In this document: in pieces, positions 24,425 to 35,899 of the stretch
How positions within the stretch are numbered: the first letter of the stretch is position 1
Layout: every line of letters starts with the position of its first letter
NCBI GenBank assembly: GCA_002256025.1
Contig: NKIB01014485.1
Location: 1-43,021 of the forward strand
Direction of reading: 5' to 3'
Length of the DNA stretch: 43,021 nucleotides
From: Asterionella formosa
Taxonomy: Eukaryota
Program-made: the position numbers and the translations under genes
The notes under the pieces: generated by a model
What the model was told of the DNA's origin: nothing
Databases searched by the model: none
The model's input: only the letters and a program-made list of their open reading frames with translations

Positions 24425-24920
24425 ATGCTAAGAGCATTTGGTTGGAAAACAAAATTCGAAAGAAATGTCACACGGTTGAAAGGGAATGATCCAAGTTTGA
24501 CTACACTTAATGTCACTGATAATTCAATTGGTGTTGACAGAGCCAAGGCCATTGCAGATGCTCTCAAGGTCAATACTGTCTTGACTGAACTTGCTTTCTC
24601 TCTATCGTAATTCAATTGGTGTTGACGGAGCCAAGGCCATTGCAGAGGCTCTCAAGATCAATACTGTCTTGACTACACTTGGTCTCGAAGGTAATTCAAT
24701 TGGTGATGACGGAGCCAAGGCCATTGCAGAGGCTCTCAAGGTCAATAGTGTCTAGACTAGTACTACACTCCCTCTCTTTTGGAATTCAATTGGTGATGAC
24801 GGAGCCAAGGCCATTGCAGAGGCTCTCAAGGTCAATACAGTCTGGACTGAACTTAATCTCTATGGTAATAAAATTGGTGACGATGTACTAAATGATATAA
24901 ACAAGCTCATTTATGGGTGA
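24425..24920 (+). pseudogene. RNI-like leucine-rich repeat gene (28-aa/84-bp units), disrupted
   Basis: Five units: 24497-24580, 24581-24668 (+4 bp, frameshift), 24669-24752, 24753-24842 (TAG, +6 bp) and 24843-24920 (capping unit). Consensus LTxLxLxxNSIGDDGAKAIAEALKVNTV, preceded by the RLKGNDPSLT cap. Confidence 0.9.
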
Positions 24921-25032
24921 AGAATGAGTTTGAAGTTGAATATAAGTAATTAGTTTTTGGTTTCCTTTCTGCATTTTGAATGTCATTTCTTATGGGAGGA
25001 GAAATTCCAGTGTTAGGGAAAAGGGAAGACTG

Positions 25033-25062
25033 TTAGGATTAGGGTTAGGGTTAGGGTTAGGG
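25033..25062 (+). repeat. Interstitial telomere-type repeat TTAGGA(TTAGGG)4
   Basis: Direct reading of 25033-25062; another TTAGGG near 25013. Confidence 0.9.
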
Positions 25063-25069
25063 TTGTGAT

Positions 25070-27070
25070 GGAATCTGTGTTTCTGCACTTCGATGCAAAA
25101 TATGTAAGTATGATGTGTATATGGGCAATTGTGGACTACTATCGTACCAGTAGGAACCAGCGTCACCAAGCAAAAAGACAAGGAATTGGCTGTGGTACAT
25201 ATGTGATCTCTCATGCTAGACCCCAAATTATGGCTTGGTGCGCCCCCAAAGTACATCAGGTAGCTGGTTCTACATTTGTAAAATTTAGCACAACCCAATA
25301 TTTGTTTTGCATACATAAAAGTAAAGTTGTCCTAGTTGATGTTGTTCATTTCCTCTTCATTAAATATATGAATGAACATACCACTTGTTAATAATAAATC
25401 ATCATGAATATCTTTGACAAATACATGCCACATACACTGAGCCACAGCCTCACACTCGAATTGCTACACTCATCACGAAGATACCTCTGTTTGTCATTGT
25501 TTGATCTTCACCATAAATGCTTTGCAGCTATAACTATGATCGACCAGCAATGCCTTCCTCATTGAATCCCAGATGTTCATGGTGACAGGTAGTACCATTC
25601 GTTCCATGTTCCATGAGCTTGTTGGAAACTCGCAATTAATTTTCAGTGACGAGGGGAGAACGAATAGAAAGAAACACGACAAAATATAACAATACTAACA
25701 AGCAAGGCACTGAAGTTTATCCTTGCCCGTCAGCATAAATCCAATGCACATGTCTGAACATGAAGAGGCAATTTGTCAGAATTGCCAAAAGCTTGCCGAG
25801 GTGAATACTGTCTACCAGTTTCAACCAAAAAACAAGGAAAAGAGAAACATTTCTACAGGTTTCAAACAAAAAGTACAAGAAGGATTTGATCCATATGGAA
25901 GTAATTTAAAATGATACAATTGATAAGAGAGTCTTGGAATTGAGAGGATTGATTTTCGTGGTGACAAGAGAATGCCTTACATCAATCAAGGGTACAAGAA
26001 TGATGTTATGGGGAATATGGGTCATGTACCCCCACGCAAATTCATTTTCTGAAATTGAGTGTGCTCAACATATTTTATGTACCACTATAATTCCTGTTTT
26101 TAAACATCTTTGGAGGAAGGGAAAAAGAAAGGCAATTAAATCTTGAATGCATTGCATTTTGGTCTCACTAATGGCCATACATACTTTGATATAATTGTTG
26201 CGAAGTACACAAAGAAAATGGACCAAAGCAATGAAGATACTTGTTCTCAAGAACCACATAGTATGATTCACAATGGTGCTATATAATTGAACTTACTAAT
26301 CCTTTCCACTTACTTATGTATTTTTTTAATTATATTCTATCATTAATTATCTTCCTTAGCAGTTTTGAGGTTCATCAAACTTGTCATAGTTCATTTTTCC
26401 TTCTCAGACCAAATTTCCTGTGCATTTTGCTTTGTAATTTCAAGATGTTTGCTGGTGCTTGCCTTGACAACCATTGTTAAAATCGCACAAAACTAAATTG
26501 GAATGAGTGCCCTCAAGAAACCATCAACTCATTCTATAAGTCCAAATGTTACAATTCTTGAACCAGCAGTGAACAGGCAATCCACAAGATCACAGTAAGG
26601 AACAAAGATAAGAGAAGGTTAGTGATGGCCATTGCAATGGCAGTTGTGATGACCAAAAAAAGCATTTTTGAATGATAAATATTTAAAAGCTGACCAGTCA
26701 AGATTCTCAAGGCCTGATTATCCTAATCCAGTGGTTATCTGTCGAATCTTTGCACTTGGAATGTATTCATGCCAGTTCAATGCAGCTATTGAAAATATTA
26801 GTTGTTTCCAGGCCATCACCAAGACAAGAGATTTGTCACTTTTTTAACAGGTTTTGAGGACAAGCAATGATGATGAGCTTCTCGATTCTTGGATGGCAAG
26901 AATGTACTCTGCCGTAGTACACAAAATGGTTGTCAATTATGGTAGCAATCAGCATTAGTATATATGCTGCCATCCTCAGTTGAGACTGTAGACATTGCTG
27001 GTGTTACTCGTCCTTTGAAAGGAAGAAAAGCATTTATCCATGGGATTCTAGAGTACTGGTAATAGTTAAG
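25070..27070. other. CpG-poor decayed coding-like/TE relic, unclassified
   Basis: Fragmented short ORFs in several frames, TpG/CpA-rich, no recognisable motif. Confidence 0.35.
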
Positions 27071-27484
27071 AGGAATAGAGTATGATTTTATGCAGTTACA
27101 ATGTCCAAATGAATTATTGCTGTTCCATGGTTAATCCAAACACAGTACATAACCTTATACTCCCTCACAAAATATACCTACTAGCTAGTACATACCGTAT
27201 GTACACTGGTGAGACATGCATCATCGTGGTACCAGTACCAGCTGCAATACCGGTATATCGCTACCGGTGTGAGTGATATGCTGATGATGTCATGCTCGAT
27301 TTCGACATCAAGCATTACATCCAAGCTGATTCTGGATTCCGTTTCTTCATATACTCGGGTGTAGAATTCGTCGTATGTAGCTGCCTGGTACAAACGAAAC
27401 ACACCGACCTCAGTGTCCGGTAAAATGGTTGTGCAACTCAGTTTGTTCACTTCAGCACCTAAAAAATCCTTAACGATCAGAACC

Positions 27485-28361
27485 ATGAAGATTACTCTGC
27501 TCACAATGGCTCTTGTAGCCTCCGTGACCCAGGGAGAGGTCTTGACCCTTACTGGAGAAAACTACAAAGAAATGACTGCTGGTAAGCTGAGTTTGGCAGC
27601 GAGATTCAGTCTAAATGCAAGTCGACATGTGGCTTGCAATAATACGGTATAAATTGGATTATTTACAGAGGACACGTCTAACAGTGGTTCATCCTTTTTG
27701 TTTCAGGCAAAACAGTCTTTATCAAGTTTTTCGCTCCGTGGTACGTATCCAAATGTTTGGGAAAAGTTGCTTCGGTTGCACACTCATTTTAACTAACCAA
27801 ACATTTGTGCACATTTCTAGGTGTGGACATTGCAAGGCCATGGCACCGGCGTGGGAGAAGCTAGCAGAAGATTGGGCCGGTCATGAAGTGGCCTTGATAG
27901 CCGAAGTTGACTGTACACTAGAGAAAGATCTTTGTGAAGAATTTGACGTTGAAGGTTTTCCAACATTGTTCTTCGGCGACCCCATTTCTCCCGAAATTTA
28001 TGAGGGAGGACGTGATTATGAAAGCATGTCCGATTTCGCAAAGGACAACCTCGGGAAAGCTTTCTGCTCTGTTTACAACATCACGTCATGTGCAGATGAG
28101 GAAAAGAAGGTCATTGCCGAATTTGAAGCCAAGTCTATTGATGATTTGGCCAAGCTCGTCGCTGAAATTGAGGACAAAGCATTAGCGGACGAGGAGGCAT
28201 TCGATGCCACGCTTTCGGAATTGCAAAGAGCCTACGAGACAATGGTCGCAGAGTACAACATGAAGGTAAAGATTATGAAGAAAGAAACAAACTATGCTTT
28301 GGCCAGAGCTGTGTTGCTCAAGAAGGACGAAGAAGCCAGTGTTGTTGGTGGGGAACTTTAG
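27485..28361 (+). CDS. Single-thioredoxin-domain protein disulfide isomerase-like ER protein, 3 exons (27485-27581, 27707-27740, 27821-28361)
   Basis: Signal peptide MKITLLTMALVASVTQG. Spliced product reads [21 protein letters not shown], with V.GFPTL, a helical C-terminus and a terminal GGEL (ER-retention-like). Confidence 0.9.
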
Positions 28362-28722
28362 ATGATCCGAAGTCACATGTTCTTGAATTAAATATTGACA
28401 AGAATGCGCCAATGGGATGATTCGAGAGGAGGACCCATAGACAGGAATTCTAATAGTAATACTCAATGATTTGAATTTCGAGACCCTTTTTTTTGATCAC
28501 CCCACGTGATATATTGAACTAAATTCACACTCCTCATCACCACGAAATCACTACCTTTGGTCAATCGTCATGGCACTACATTCAGCAATTAACGTTTACA
28601 GTAACTTCCACATTCTGCCTGAAAGAGAGTCGGTTCTTTGGATCTCCAGCCCAATATTGACAACTTCGGTTCCTCATAGTTTTTATTGATTCCATTTATA
28701 CTGTACGAATTTCTCGTATTAT

Positions 28723-30300
28723 CTACTTCTTCGCGACGATATTGTCAATGACAGAGTAGAGGAAAACTCCTCCAATTCCAATGGCACATCCCAACAACTT
28801 GATAGGATCCAGAGACTCACCCAAGACAAGGGCAACACCGACGATAACAATTACACGCTTAGCAGTGTTGGCAACACTCTGTGTAACAGCACCAGTCTTC
28901 TTGAGAGTCATGGTGGCCAACTCGTTATATCCGTAGAACCATAGACCAGATGCAACCATGTTAACCCATACAGCAGGGGTAGTTTGAGCCATCTTCACAA
29001 ACTCTCCGAAACGGGAACCTTCTTTGAGGAAAACAACAGGAATGCTCATAAGGAAGCCAAGTATGGTGGTTAGCGCGAACTGGTTACCAATTGATCCCAT
29101 GCGGTCTTTGAGACCAGGAGTCTCCATGAGTTTCTTGTTCTCATTTCCTTTAAAGGCAGCAAACAAATTGGCAATGCATGCAGAGATAAGTGCAGATACG
29201 GCGAAATCCAGTTCCTTCACAGAAGCAAGAATAACACCTCCGATAACAATTGGGAGACACAACCACTTTGCTCTGGAGACGGGCTTTCCGTACACAAACT
29301 GGGCAAGGACAGCGGCAAAAGCAGGTTCCGACGACTTGACGATCTGGGCAAAAGAAACCGCACCTGCACCCATGGCAAAGACGGAGGCACAATGGGCTCC
29401 CATGAAGCAGAAAGCAACAGGAAGCATCTTGATGACATCATCTACGGTAACCTTGGGCTTTTCCCGGGCATCAGGGGCGAGCCAAAGGAAGAGAGCGTAG
29501 ATGCACCCAACACCAAGTTGAAGACTGGAAATAGTCATGGGAAAACCAACCTTTCCACCAGCAGCAGTCAATGCCATCTTGTTGGTGATGTTGTACTGTG
29601 GCATTTTGAGGGAGAAGAATTAGCAAGACGATGGCAATAGCAGCTGGAGGCCATTTGCTTGCATACTTACATAATAGTTTCCGACATACCAGAGGAGAAA
29701 GTAAATCAGAAGTGGGATATCAATAGACTTAAGGGCCCCAATGGGGCCACCGCCTCGGGAGCTGACAGCCTCACCAGATGACGAGGACTCCAAGGCAGTC
29801 TGCAAAAATGAGAAAATTTTGTGAGGGGAAAATTGATTACGTCACGTCATGCTATTTTCCCAACCGAAGGATATGCAAATACAAGTGATTCCAGATTCCC
29901 ATAAAAATCCCAAAATATTAAGGAATCTCGCTTGCGCGTATCTTGAGGTGTCAACACAATGATGTACCATGTTCAGTGCTTATGACACGGAGAGTTGATT
30001 CGGCGATTGTCAATGCCACGATGATGGACATTCTTCAAGTAACGACACAATCCAATCATCAGCGCATTTGTTCCCAACGATCGGCGAATCATTCCATTGT
30101 TTATTAGTGGGCTTGCGATCTAAATTCGAACTTACCGCAGTATTCAAGCGGTTGCCATTCACGTCGACAGCCTGTACCATAGGCTTGCTGGCGAATCCAG
30201 CTTTGGCCATGGACTTGACCGCAGAGGTCGCTCCATTATGGAGGCCGAACGCTGACGCCGTAGCGGCGAAGAAGATGACTAGAGTAGCGGCGACCTTCAT
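28723..30300 (-). CDS. TPT: Plastid triose-phosphate/phosphate translocator (TPT family), 3 exons (30300-30136, 29799-29671, 29595-28723)
   Basis: Bipartite presequence MKVAATLVIFFAATASAFG; YF.LWY.GNYYYNITNK, GAVSFAQIVKSSEPAF and TQSVANTAKRVIVIV motifs; canonical GT-AG introns in frame. Confidence 0.93.
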
Positions 30301-30707
30301 TGCCAGCAGTTTGAAAATGAGAGGATTTTGATTGTGAATTGATGCACGCTTAATTTCCCCAGCGAGCTAGCGGATGCGAAGACCAATGATCGGCAGTTCA
30401 CAAGCACCTTTGCCAGATTCTCTTATCAGTTTGTCTGTCTTATGTGATGTACCTTGTCAAATTTGCTTACCCTATATCATACGTCACATTTGCTGTTACA
30501 TACGTCACATGTGCTGGCTGTTGATTCAAGTCAACGGTTAAATACCGGTTCGAATCAGGCCTACCGGCATGTATACTACCGGGTAACTATACTACCGGTA
30601 ATTAAAGTGCCATGTACCAGGTACCCTTCTGCTGTCTACCTGGTACCAGGTACCTCCTGGTATGAACGTACAGCCAGTTTGCGTACTGGTGGTACCTGGT
30701 ACCATGT

Positions 30708-30735
30708 GACGAGCGACGAGCGACGAGCGACGAAC
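30708..30735. repeat. (GACGAGC)3 + GACGAAC heptamer tandem in a divergent promoter
   Basis: Direct reading. Confidence 0.85.
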
Positions 30736-31002
30736 GAAAGCAACTTTGTCTACCGGTTTCATCGTGTTTTCCTGTACTGTGGTGAAATGCACATGTAGAC
30801 GGTCTACGGTAGATGGTATAGACCAACGTAGCAACGGCAATTTAAACTAGGGTACCGGTACAGAGTAGCAGGTACCACGGACCAGTAATCTACCGGTTCT
30901 GGTATACAAAAAAAGCATATTCGACCGTTTCCCGCAATCCCGTCAGCATCACGAGACACATCAGAAGCAAATTTCCACAATTTGCCTGGTGACCGTTTAG
31001 CC

Positions 31003-31526
31003 ATGGCGCTGTCTTTACTCAACTACTTCTTCTTGGAAAGCCCTGTGAGTTTTCAACTGTTCTTGCTTGATTGTCTATATGATTGGCACACTTGACGGTC
31101 CACTCTGTTATGCTTACTTTTTTTTCAAACCAATCGAGCATCCTTCTATTACCTTTCTACTTTCTCATTCGCATCATGAAGCAAATCATTTTTGTTTTCT
31201 AGCTCTTTCATGGTTATCATCTGACACCCTCTGCCTTCCAACTTCTTTCTACATCCATGTATGTGCAGCACGCCCGTCTTCCATTCATAATTGCAGATGC
31301 TTTGGTGATTTTTAGCTTGCAAATGTTTGAACAGTCCCTAAAGAAGCAAAAAGCAATGCTTACGAAGCTTGAAGAGGAGGAGGTGGCAACGAAGAACAAA
31401 GGAAAGAAAAAGAATATAACGCCGACCAAAGGTGCAATTAAAAAGTCTCTTGTCAAAGGCCCTGATCAAAGCGTCTTTGGGAATCCATTCCATACGATAC
31501 AACTTCCTGACAAGAAGAATTCCTGA
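31003..31526 (+). CDS. Putative small (~102 aa) basic protein of unknown function, 3 exons (31003-31044, 31203-31258, 31316-31526)
   Basis: GCCATGG start context. Donors gtgagt and gtatgt with acceptors ttctag and ttttag join in frame to MALSLLNYFFLESPLFHGYHLTPSAFQLLSTSILQMFEQSLKKQKAMLTKLEEEE...KKNS*. Confidence 0.45.
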
Positions 31527-31792
31527 GGAATCTCGTTTGGCGAATCTGTCGTGACTCAATCCATGCCACGAGTGGAAAATTGGTTCAGGAACACGCTCAG
31601 CTGGGAAGTGAAATCAAGATAGACCCGCATCACTAATAGACTACCGGTAATCATGTTACAGTGCTATAGCACACGAGATCATTGCACATGATGGCATCAC
31701 CCTTGGAGGTTCAACTTGCGTGTTTTCAACTTCACTTGCACCCTGGAATGCAATTATGCCGACTGTGCAGCATCTACATTGTTACTGAGTGA

Positions 31793-33883
31793 TTAGCTGT
31801 AAAGCTCAGCTATAGTGCCGGCTGTCTCAGCGGAAATACCCTCATCGAATATAACTTTACATTTGCCAGCCTTTCCGAACGGTCCTGCGATCTTGCCCTC
31901 ATCCTTTGTCGACAAAATGACAACACGAGCACCCACACGCTCACGAATATCCACTTCTGGAGAAAAGAATCCGGTAATAATAGCCATGTTGAATTTCCCG
32001 TTTTCCAAGAGCTCACCTTTGATTTTCTCGACTTCGCCTTTCACAGTCGCAATCGCTTTTGGGGACTTCTTTTTCGGTTGAATCTCAAGTCTAGCTCCGC
32101 ATCGTGCAGCCGGTAGTTGCGTGTCCTGATACATTTCTTTTGTAGTATCGTGCGTGTACCGTTTGAATTTTAGGATTAAGACATCCCCCTCCTTAGCTTC
32201 GGTTCCACCAGGGAATAAGACTCGAAACTTGCCTGAAGTACCAAAAGATGACTTGATTTCGCCAATATCCCCTTTCTCTGTCTCAAGCTTCATTCCCACA
32301 AAGGGTTTCATGTTTGTTTCTGCCTTGAAGAGGTCATCACCAAAGACTTCATAACGCACCACCTTCCCATCATCTGCTCGTCGATGAGGGTCACCCAATC
32401 TAGAAATCACACCACGTCGTTCTTTTGGTGTGTAGATTCTAATTCTTGAAATATCCTTTTGTGGGTTTACCTTTTCAATCAAACGGCCTGAAAATGCCAA
32501 CCGGCAATTAGATGAATCTCCATTGGCATTGTCAACTGTATCAAACCGAGAACCGATTACCAAAGATTCAAGAGGACAATAGACCGGCACCTGAAAATCC
32601 AGCATCGCCCATTGAAGCATTCCTTTTTCGTCTTCTAACACGTGGTCTTGGTGCAGAAAATCTTTTGTAAAGTCAAAGGTGAGATGGGGCAAGCCTGCCA
32701 TATCTGCGTCACCACCTAATGCCATATTCCCAACGATTTCTTGATCCTTATTCTTAGTCCATTTCAGTTCCCTGGATGCGTCATTCATGTACTCTCGTTG
32801 AATCAAAAGTTCTGCAGCACCCCAAAAAGTCACAGTTGCCATAACAGTGGTGTGGCCACACGATATGTGAAATTTGCTACCAGATGATAGCTTACCATGA
32901 AAATAGGGGACCTTGCGCACCAAGGCAATCGCGCCATTTAAAAGTTGAACAGCTCCTGGAGATGCAGCAACACCTCTTTCGAGAAGGTTGGAATCAAAAT
33001 TGGAGACACAAATACCTGCGCGATCGCCCTGAGAGATAAATGAAACTTTTCTTCGAAACATTTGAATTGATTTCACTTTTCGTTGCAGACCAAGTGTCGG
33101 AAACTCAATAATTTGATTTGGAGCTAGACTTCCACTCAATACTGTTCCCGTCATAATAGTTCCTTGTCCCCTGATTTGGAAGCAATGATCAATACTGAAG
33201 TAGAATAGTTTGCTTGAGAGGCGCCGAGGTGGAGGAAGTTCAGTCTGTAGAGTCCTGACAAGAACATCCATATTTTGAGTCTCACTTTTTACGGATAAAG
33301 TTGCTCCTGTTACGGCAGCCACCTTTTCACCACCAACACATGCAGAAACTGCAATAATTGGAGCATCCCTGAATCTAGTCGGTGCAAGTCGCCTTCGAAC
33401 AACTTCCATTGACTTCTCCAACCCTTCCTCACGTTCGTTTGGCGCAAAGAGATCAATCTTGTTGAGAGCGACAATCAAATGGGGCGAAGTTAGCTCAGCT
33501 AAAACCAGACATTCTGTAGTTTGAGCTTGCCAACCTTTGAAACCATCGACAACCAATAGTACCATATCAATTATCTGAGCGCCTCCGATAATTGTTCGAA
33601 TTAGCGAAGCATGACCAGGACAGTCCACCAAAGTGATTTGAAGCTGCTTCTTGTCGGGATATGATTTCTTCAAATGTTCTGGAATATCCAGAAAGAAACA
33701 CGAAAACCCCAAATCGAGTGTCATACCGCGTTGTCTCGACTGTGTGGACTTGTCGAGGGCTGCTGTCGATAGGAGCGTCGACAGTGTCTTAACCAGCGAT
33801 GTTTTGCCTGAGTCAACATGACCTAAAATTCCAACATTAACATTTAGGACTTCTTCAGGAGGTACATCAGGCGTTGACGACAT
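31793..33883 (-). CDS. EEFSEC: Selenocysteine-specific translation elongation factor (eEFSec/SelB)
   Basis: LNVNVGILGHVDSGKTSL..LST..STAALDK..QSRQRGMTLDLGFS, LVDCPGHASLIRTIIGGAQIID, NKID, DHCFQIRGQGT, CRLAFSG, and domain-4 GEI.SSFG.SGKF. Confidence 0.95.
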   Translation of the reverse strand: MSSTPDVPPEEVLNVNVGILGHVDSGKTSLVKTLSTLLSTAALDKSTQSRQRGMTLDLGFSCFFLDIPEHLKKSYPDKKQLQITLVDCPGHASLIRTIIGGAQIIDMVLLVVDGFKGWQAQTTECLVLAELTSPHLIVALNKIDLFAPNEREEGLEKSMEVVRRRLAPTRFRDAPIIAVSACVGGEKVAAVTGATLSVKSETQNMDVLVRTLQTELPPPRRLSSKLFYFSIDHCFQIRGQGTIMTGTVLSGSLAPNQIIEFPTLGLQRKVKSIQMFRRKVSFISQGDRAGICVSNFDSNLLERGVAASPGAVQLLNGAIALVRKVPYFHGKLSSGSKFHISCGHTTVMATVTFWGAAELLIQREYMNDASRELKWTKNKDQEIVGNMALGGDADMAGLPHLTFDFTKDFLHQDHVLEDEKGMLQWAMLDFQVPVYCPLESLVIGSRFDTVDNANGDSSNCRLAFSGRLIEKVNPQKDISRIRIYTPKERRGVISRLGDPHRRADDGKVVRYEVFGDDLFKAETNMKPFVGMKLETEKGDIGEIKSSFGTSGKFRVLFPGGTEAKEGDVLILKFKRYTHDTTKEMYQDTQLPAARCGARLEIQPKKKSPKAIATVKGEVEKIKGELLENGKFNMAIITGFFSPEVDIRERVGARVVILSTKDEGKIAGPFGKAGKCKVIFDEGISAETAGTIAELYS

Positions 33884-34140
33884 GCTGTCTGGTATATTGG
33901 GGTGTAGATAACAATGCAAGAACTAAGTAGAGAGGATTCATGATGAGTACTAGAAATGTGCGATCATGTTGTAAACTCATAGACACAATTTTTCTTGGAT
34001 GTGGTTTGTTATATTTTCTTACCCGTACCGGTGTTACATGACGGTAACTGAAAGTTGCGGCCTTTTTGCTTAAAAAGTCTATTTAATCTAGGATAAAGAC
34101 AGGTAGATCTTTAGTTCAGCAGAATTACCGCAACTTGCTG

Positions 34141-34182
34141 GTACTCCGAGTACCAGGTACCAGGTACCAGGTACCTGGTACC
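34141..34182. promoter_or_regulatory. Representative GGTACC(W)GGTACC motif cluster upstream of a gene (candidate regulatory/boundary element)
   Basis: (TACCAGG)3 TACCTGG TACC about 260 bp upstream of the eEFSec ATG. Similar clusters lie at 6041, 6311, 6600, 7678, 8280, 13144, 16124, 17744, 27228, 30540-30905 and 39386. Function is inferred only. Confidence 0.5.
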
Positions 34183-34206
34183 GCCCGTCACGACCGAGGG
34201 TGGCGA

Positions 34207-34479
34207 CTGCCTGCGACGAGTATCATTCTTTGTGTTGTTTGAGGCTTGTTGGGAGGCTCGTCGCAGGTAGTTAAAAATGGCTTTGAGCCACGTTATTATA
34301 TCGTTTTCCGACTAATTCTAGATTATGCTAAAATCAATCCCCTCTTTCGCCCTTTGGCACGATATTAGTTAGTTCATTAAGCTACATAAGAATTAGATCA
34401 TTTCTTTACTTGAACATATATTAAGTGAGATCTATCCATTTTAAAAGTGACAAAAACGGTCGAAGTGGCTCAAAGCCAT
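34207..34479. repeat. Two adjacent short inverted-repeat pairs, probably a TE terminal region
   Basis: 34207-34220 CTGCCTGCGACGAG vs 34257-34270 (1 mismatch); 34277-34291 ATGGCTTTGAGCCAC vs 34465-34479 (perfect). Confidence 0.7.
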
Positions 34480-35899
34480 AGATTAAAATTTTACCATACA
34501 TGTAGTTATTTTTATAGGCAACGGTTGGAAAATATTATATCGTTTGCATGTTTTTTCGAAGTTGTTGCATCGTTTTTAGACTGATGGTGTTCTTGTTGGT
34601 TCTGTCTCCTCGTATTTTTTCGCAGTAGTTGTTGATCATTTTTAGACTTGTGGTCCTTGTCCCATGATCATATCTTCCTGTTGTGTAATAGGAGCGACCT
34701 AAGGGTGCTGGTGAGGAAGTGGCAAGGTTACAGCAGTTGCAACTGGTACTGCAGCATAGACAGATACAATCAAACCAAAACAACAGTACAGAATGACAAA
34801 TAACGACCAAAGCGATCAAAACGGACAATGAAAGTAATCAAATTGCAATTTCGACAAATAGTATCTACATTCCACATTCAGTGTTTCAATGTTATACTCA
34901 CCGATCCGTTCTAACTAGCATAACAAGCAACAGACAATGGCATCAAACGAAAGTCGAAAGGTCCCTGTTGTAAGCCTGAATTGGGCAACAAGAGGCAGGA
35001 TAGAGTGAGGATTATAATTTGTACAGCATTTTTTAGCATGTGTGACCATTTTGAAGTCACCAGAGTTGACATTACCACAACCAACCATGGACTGTTGTTT
35101 CCGTATCAAGCCACAGAAGTTATATAACTTACTGGTAGTTCTCTGGCCAGCAGTTAGATGAGTTGTATTTGTTAAGCAGTCGAAGAGTGTAGCATTGTCT
35201 AATAGTCCGAGGTCTGTTGCAGTCACTAGTATGTCTTCATTTCGTAATCATGTGCATTGAGCTGGTGTATGTAGAACAATCTGTTAGAGTGCATCCTGAA
35301 ATGCAGCTTCTTCCATATTTATTAGGGTTCAGTTCGAATATGTCAACCATCCACAACATCTCCAATCAGGAATATCCCAAGTTTCCCCACCAGGAGCAGC
35401 TATGTTTCATATATTTCACTGATCTATGTACCAGATGTGCAAGACAGGCTCCCATTGTTCCTTTTCTTGACCAATGAATGGTGTACCCCTAATGGCACTG
35501 CTCTATGCAACAACTACTATATGAGCCAGGCTCCGAGTGTTTTGTTTCTTGACCAATGTATGGCATATCCTCTATTGCTGTCTGTGCAAAAAATGTGTGA
35601 AGGCTCCGATTGTTTTGTTATAGTGGTACTGGGCATCTCCAGAGTCAATATTTGTCGCAAAACCAACAAATGAACAACAGCAAGTTCAACAAAACATGAT
35701 GAACGTGATCATGATGTAAATCATATCATCCATGTTGAACCGCAGGGCGCCCGAATGAACAAATTCCACTGCCAGCATTGAACTGACTCAAGATTAAATC
35801 AAGACATGCTGTGGGTATTCAGTCCTGAGGTGTGCCAATTCTGTGCCTGTCTATTTCCTGGTGGTATGTAAGGAAGCAGTCTCATCCCAACAACATGAC

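Noticed and set aside
24497..24920. Constant repeats with short variable segments looked like a CRISPR array or DGR variable region
   Set aside because: The units are 84-bp in-frame LRR codon repeats and the variable parts are only a few codons. No cas or reverse transcriptase gene is in the window, and most adenines are invariant.
27821..27833. PDI active site as a possible selenoprotein near eEFSec
   Set aside because: The spliced codons are TGG TGT GGA CAT TGC (WCGHC), with no TGA.
29024..29500. Long plus-strand ORFs here and at 37225-37587, 38435-38824 and 15745-16218
   Set aside because: They are antisense shadows of real genes (TPT, rhomboid, elongase) with no motifs.
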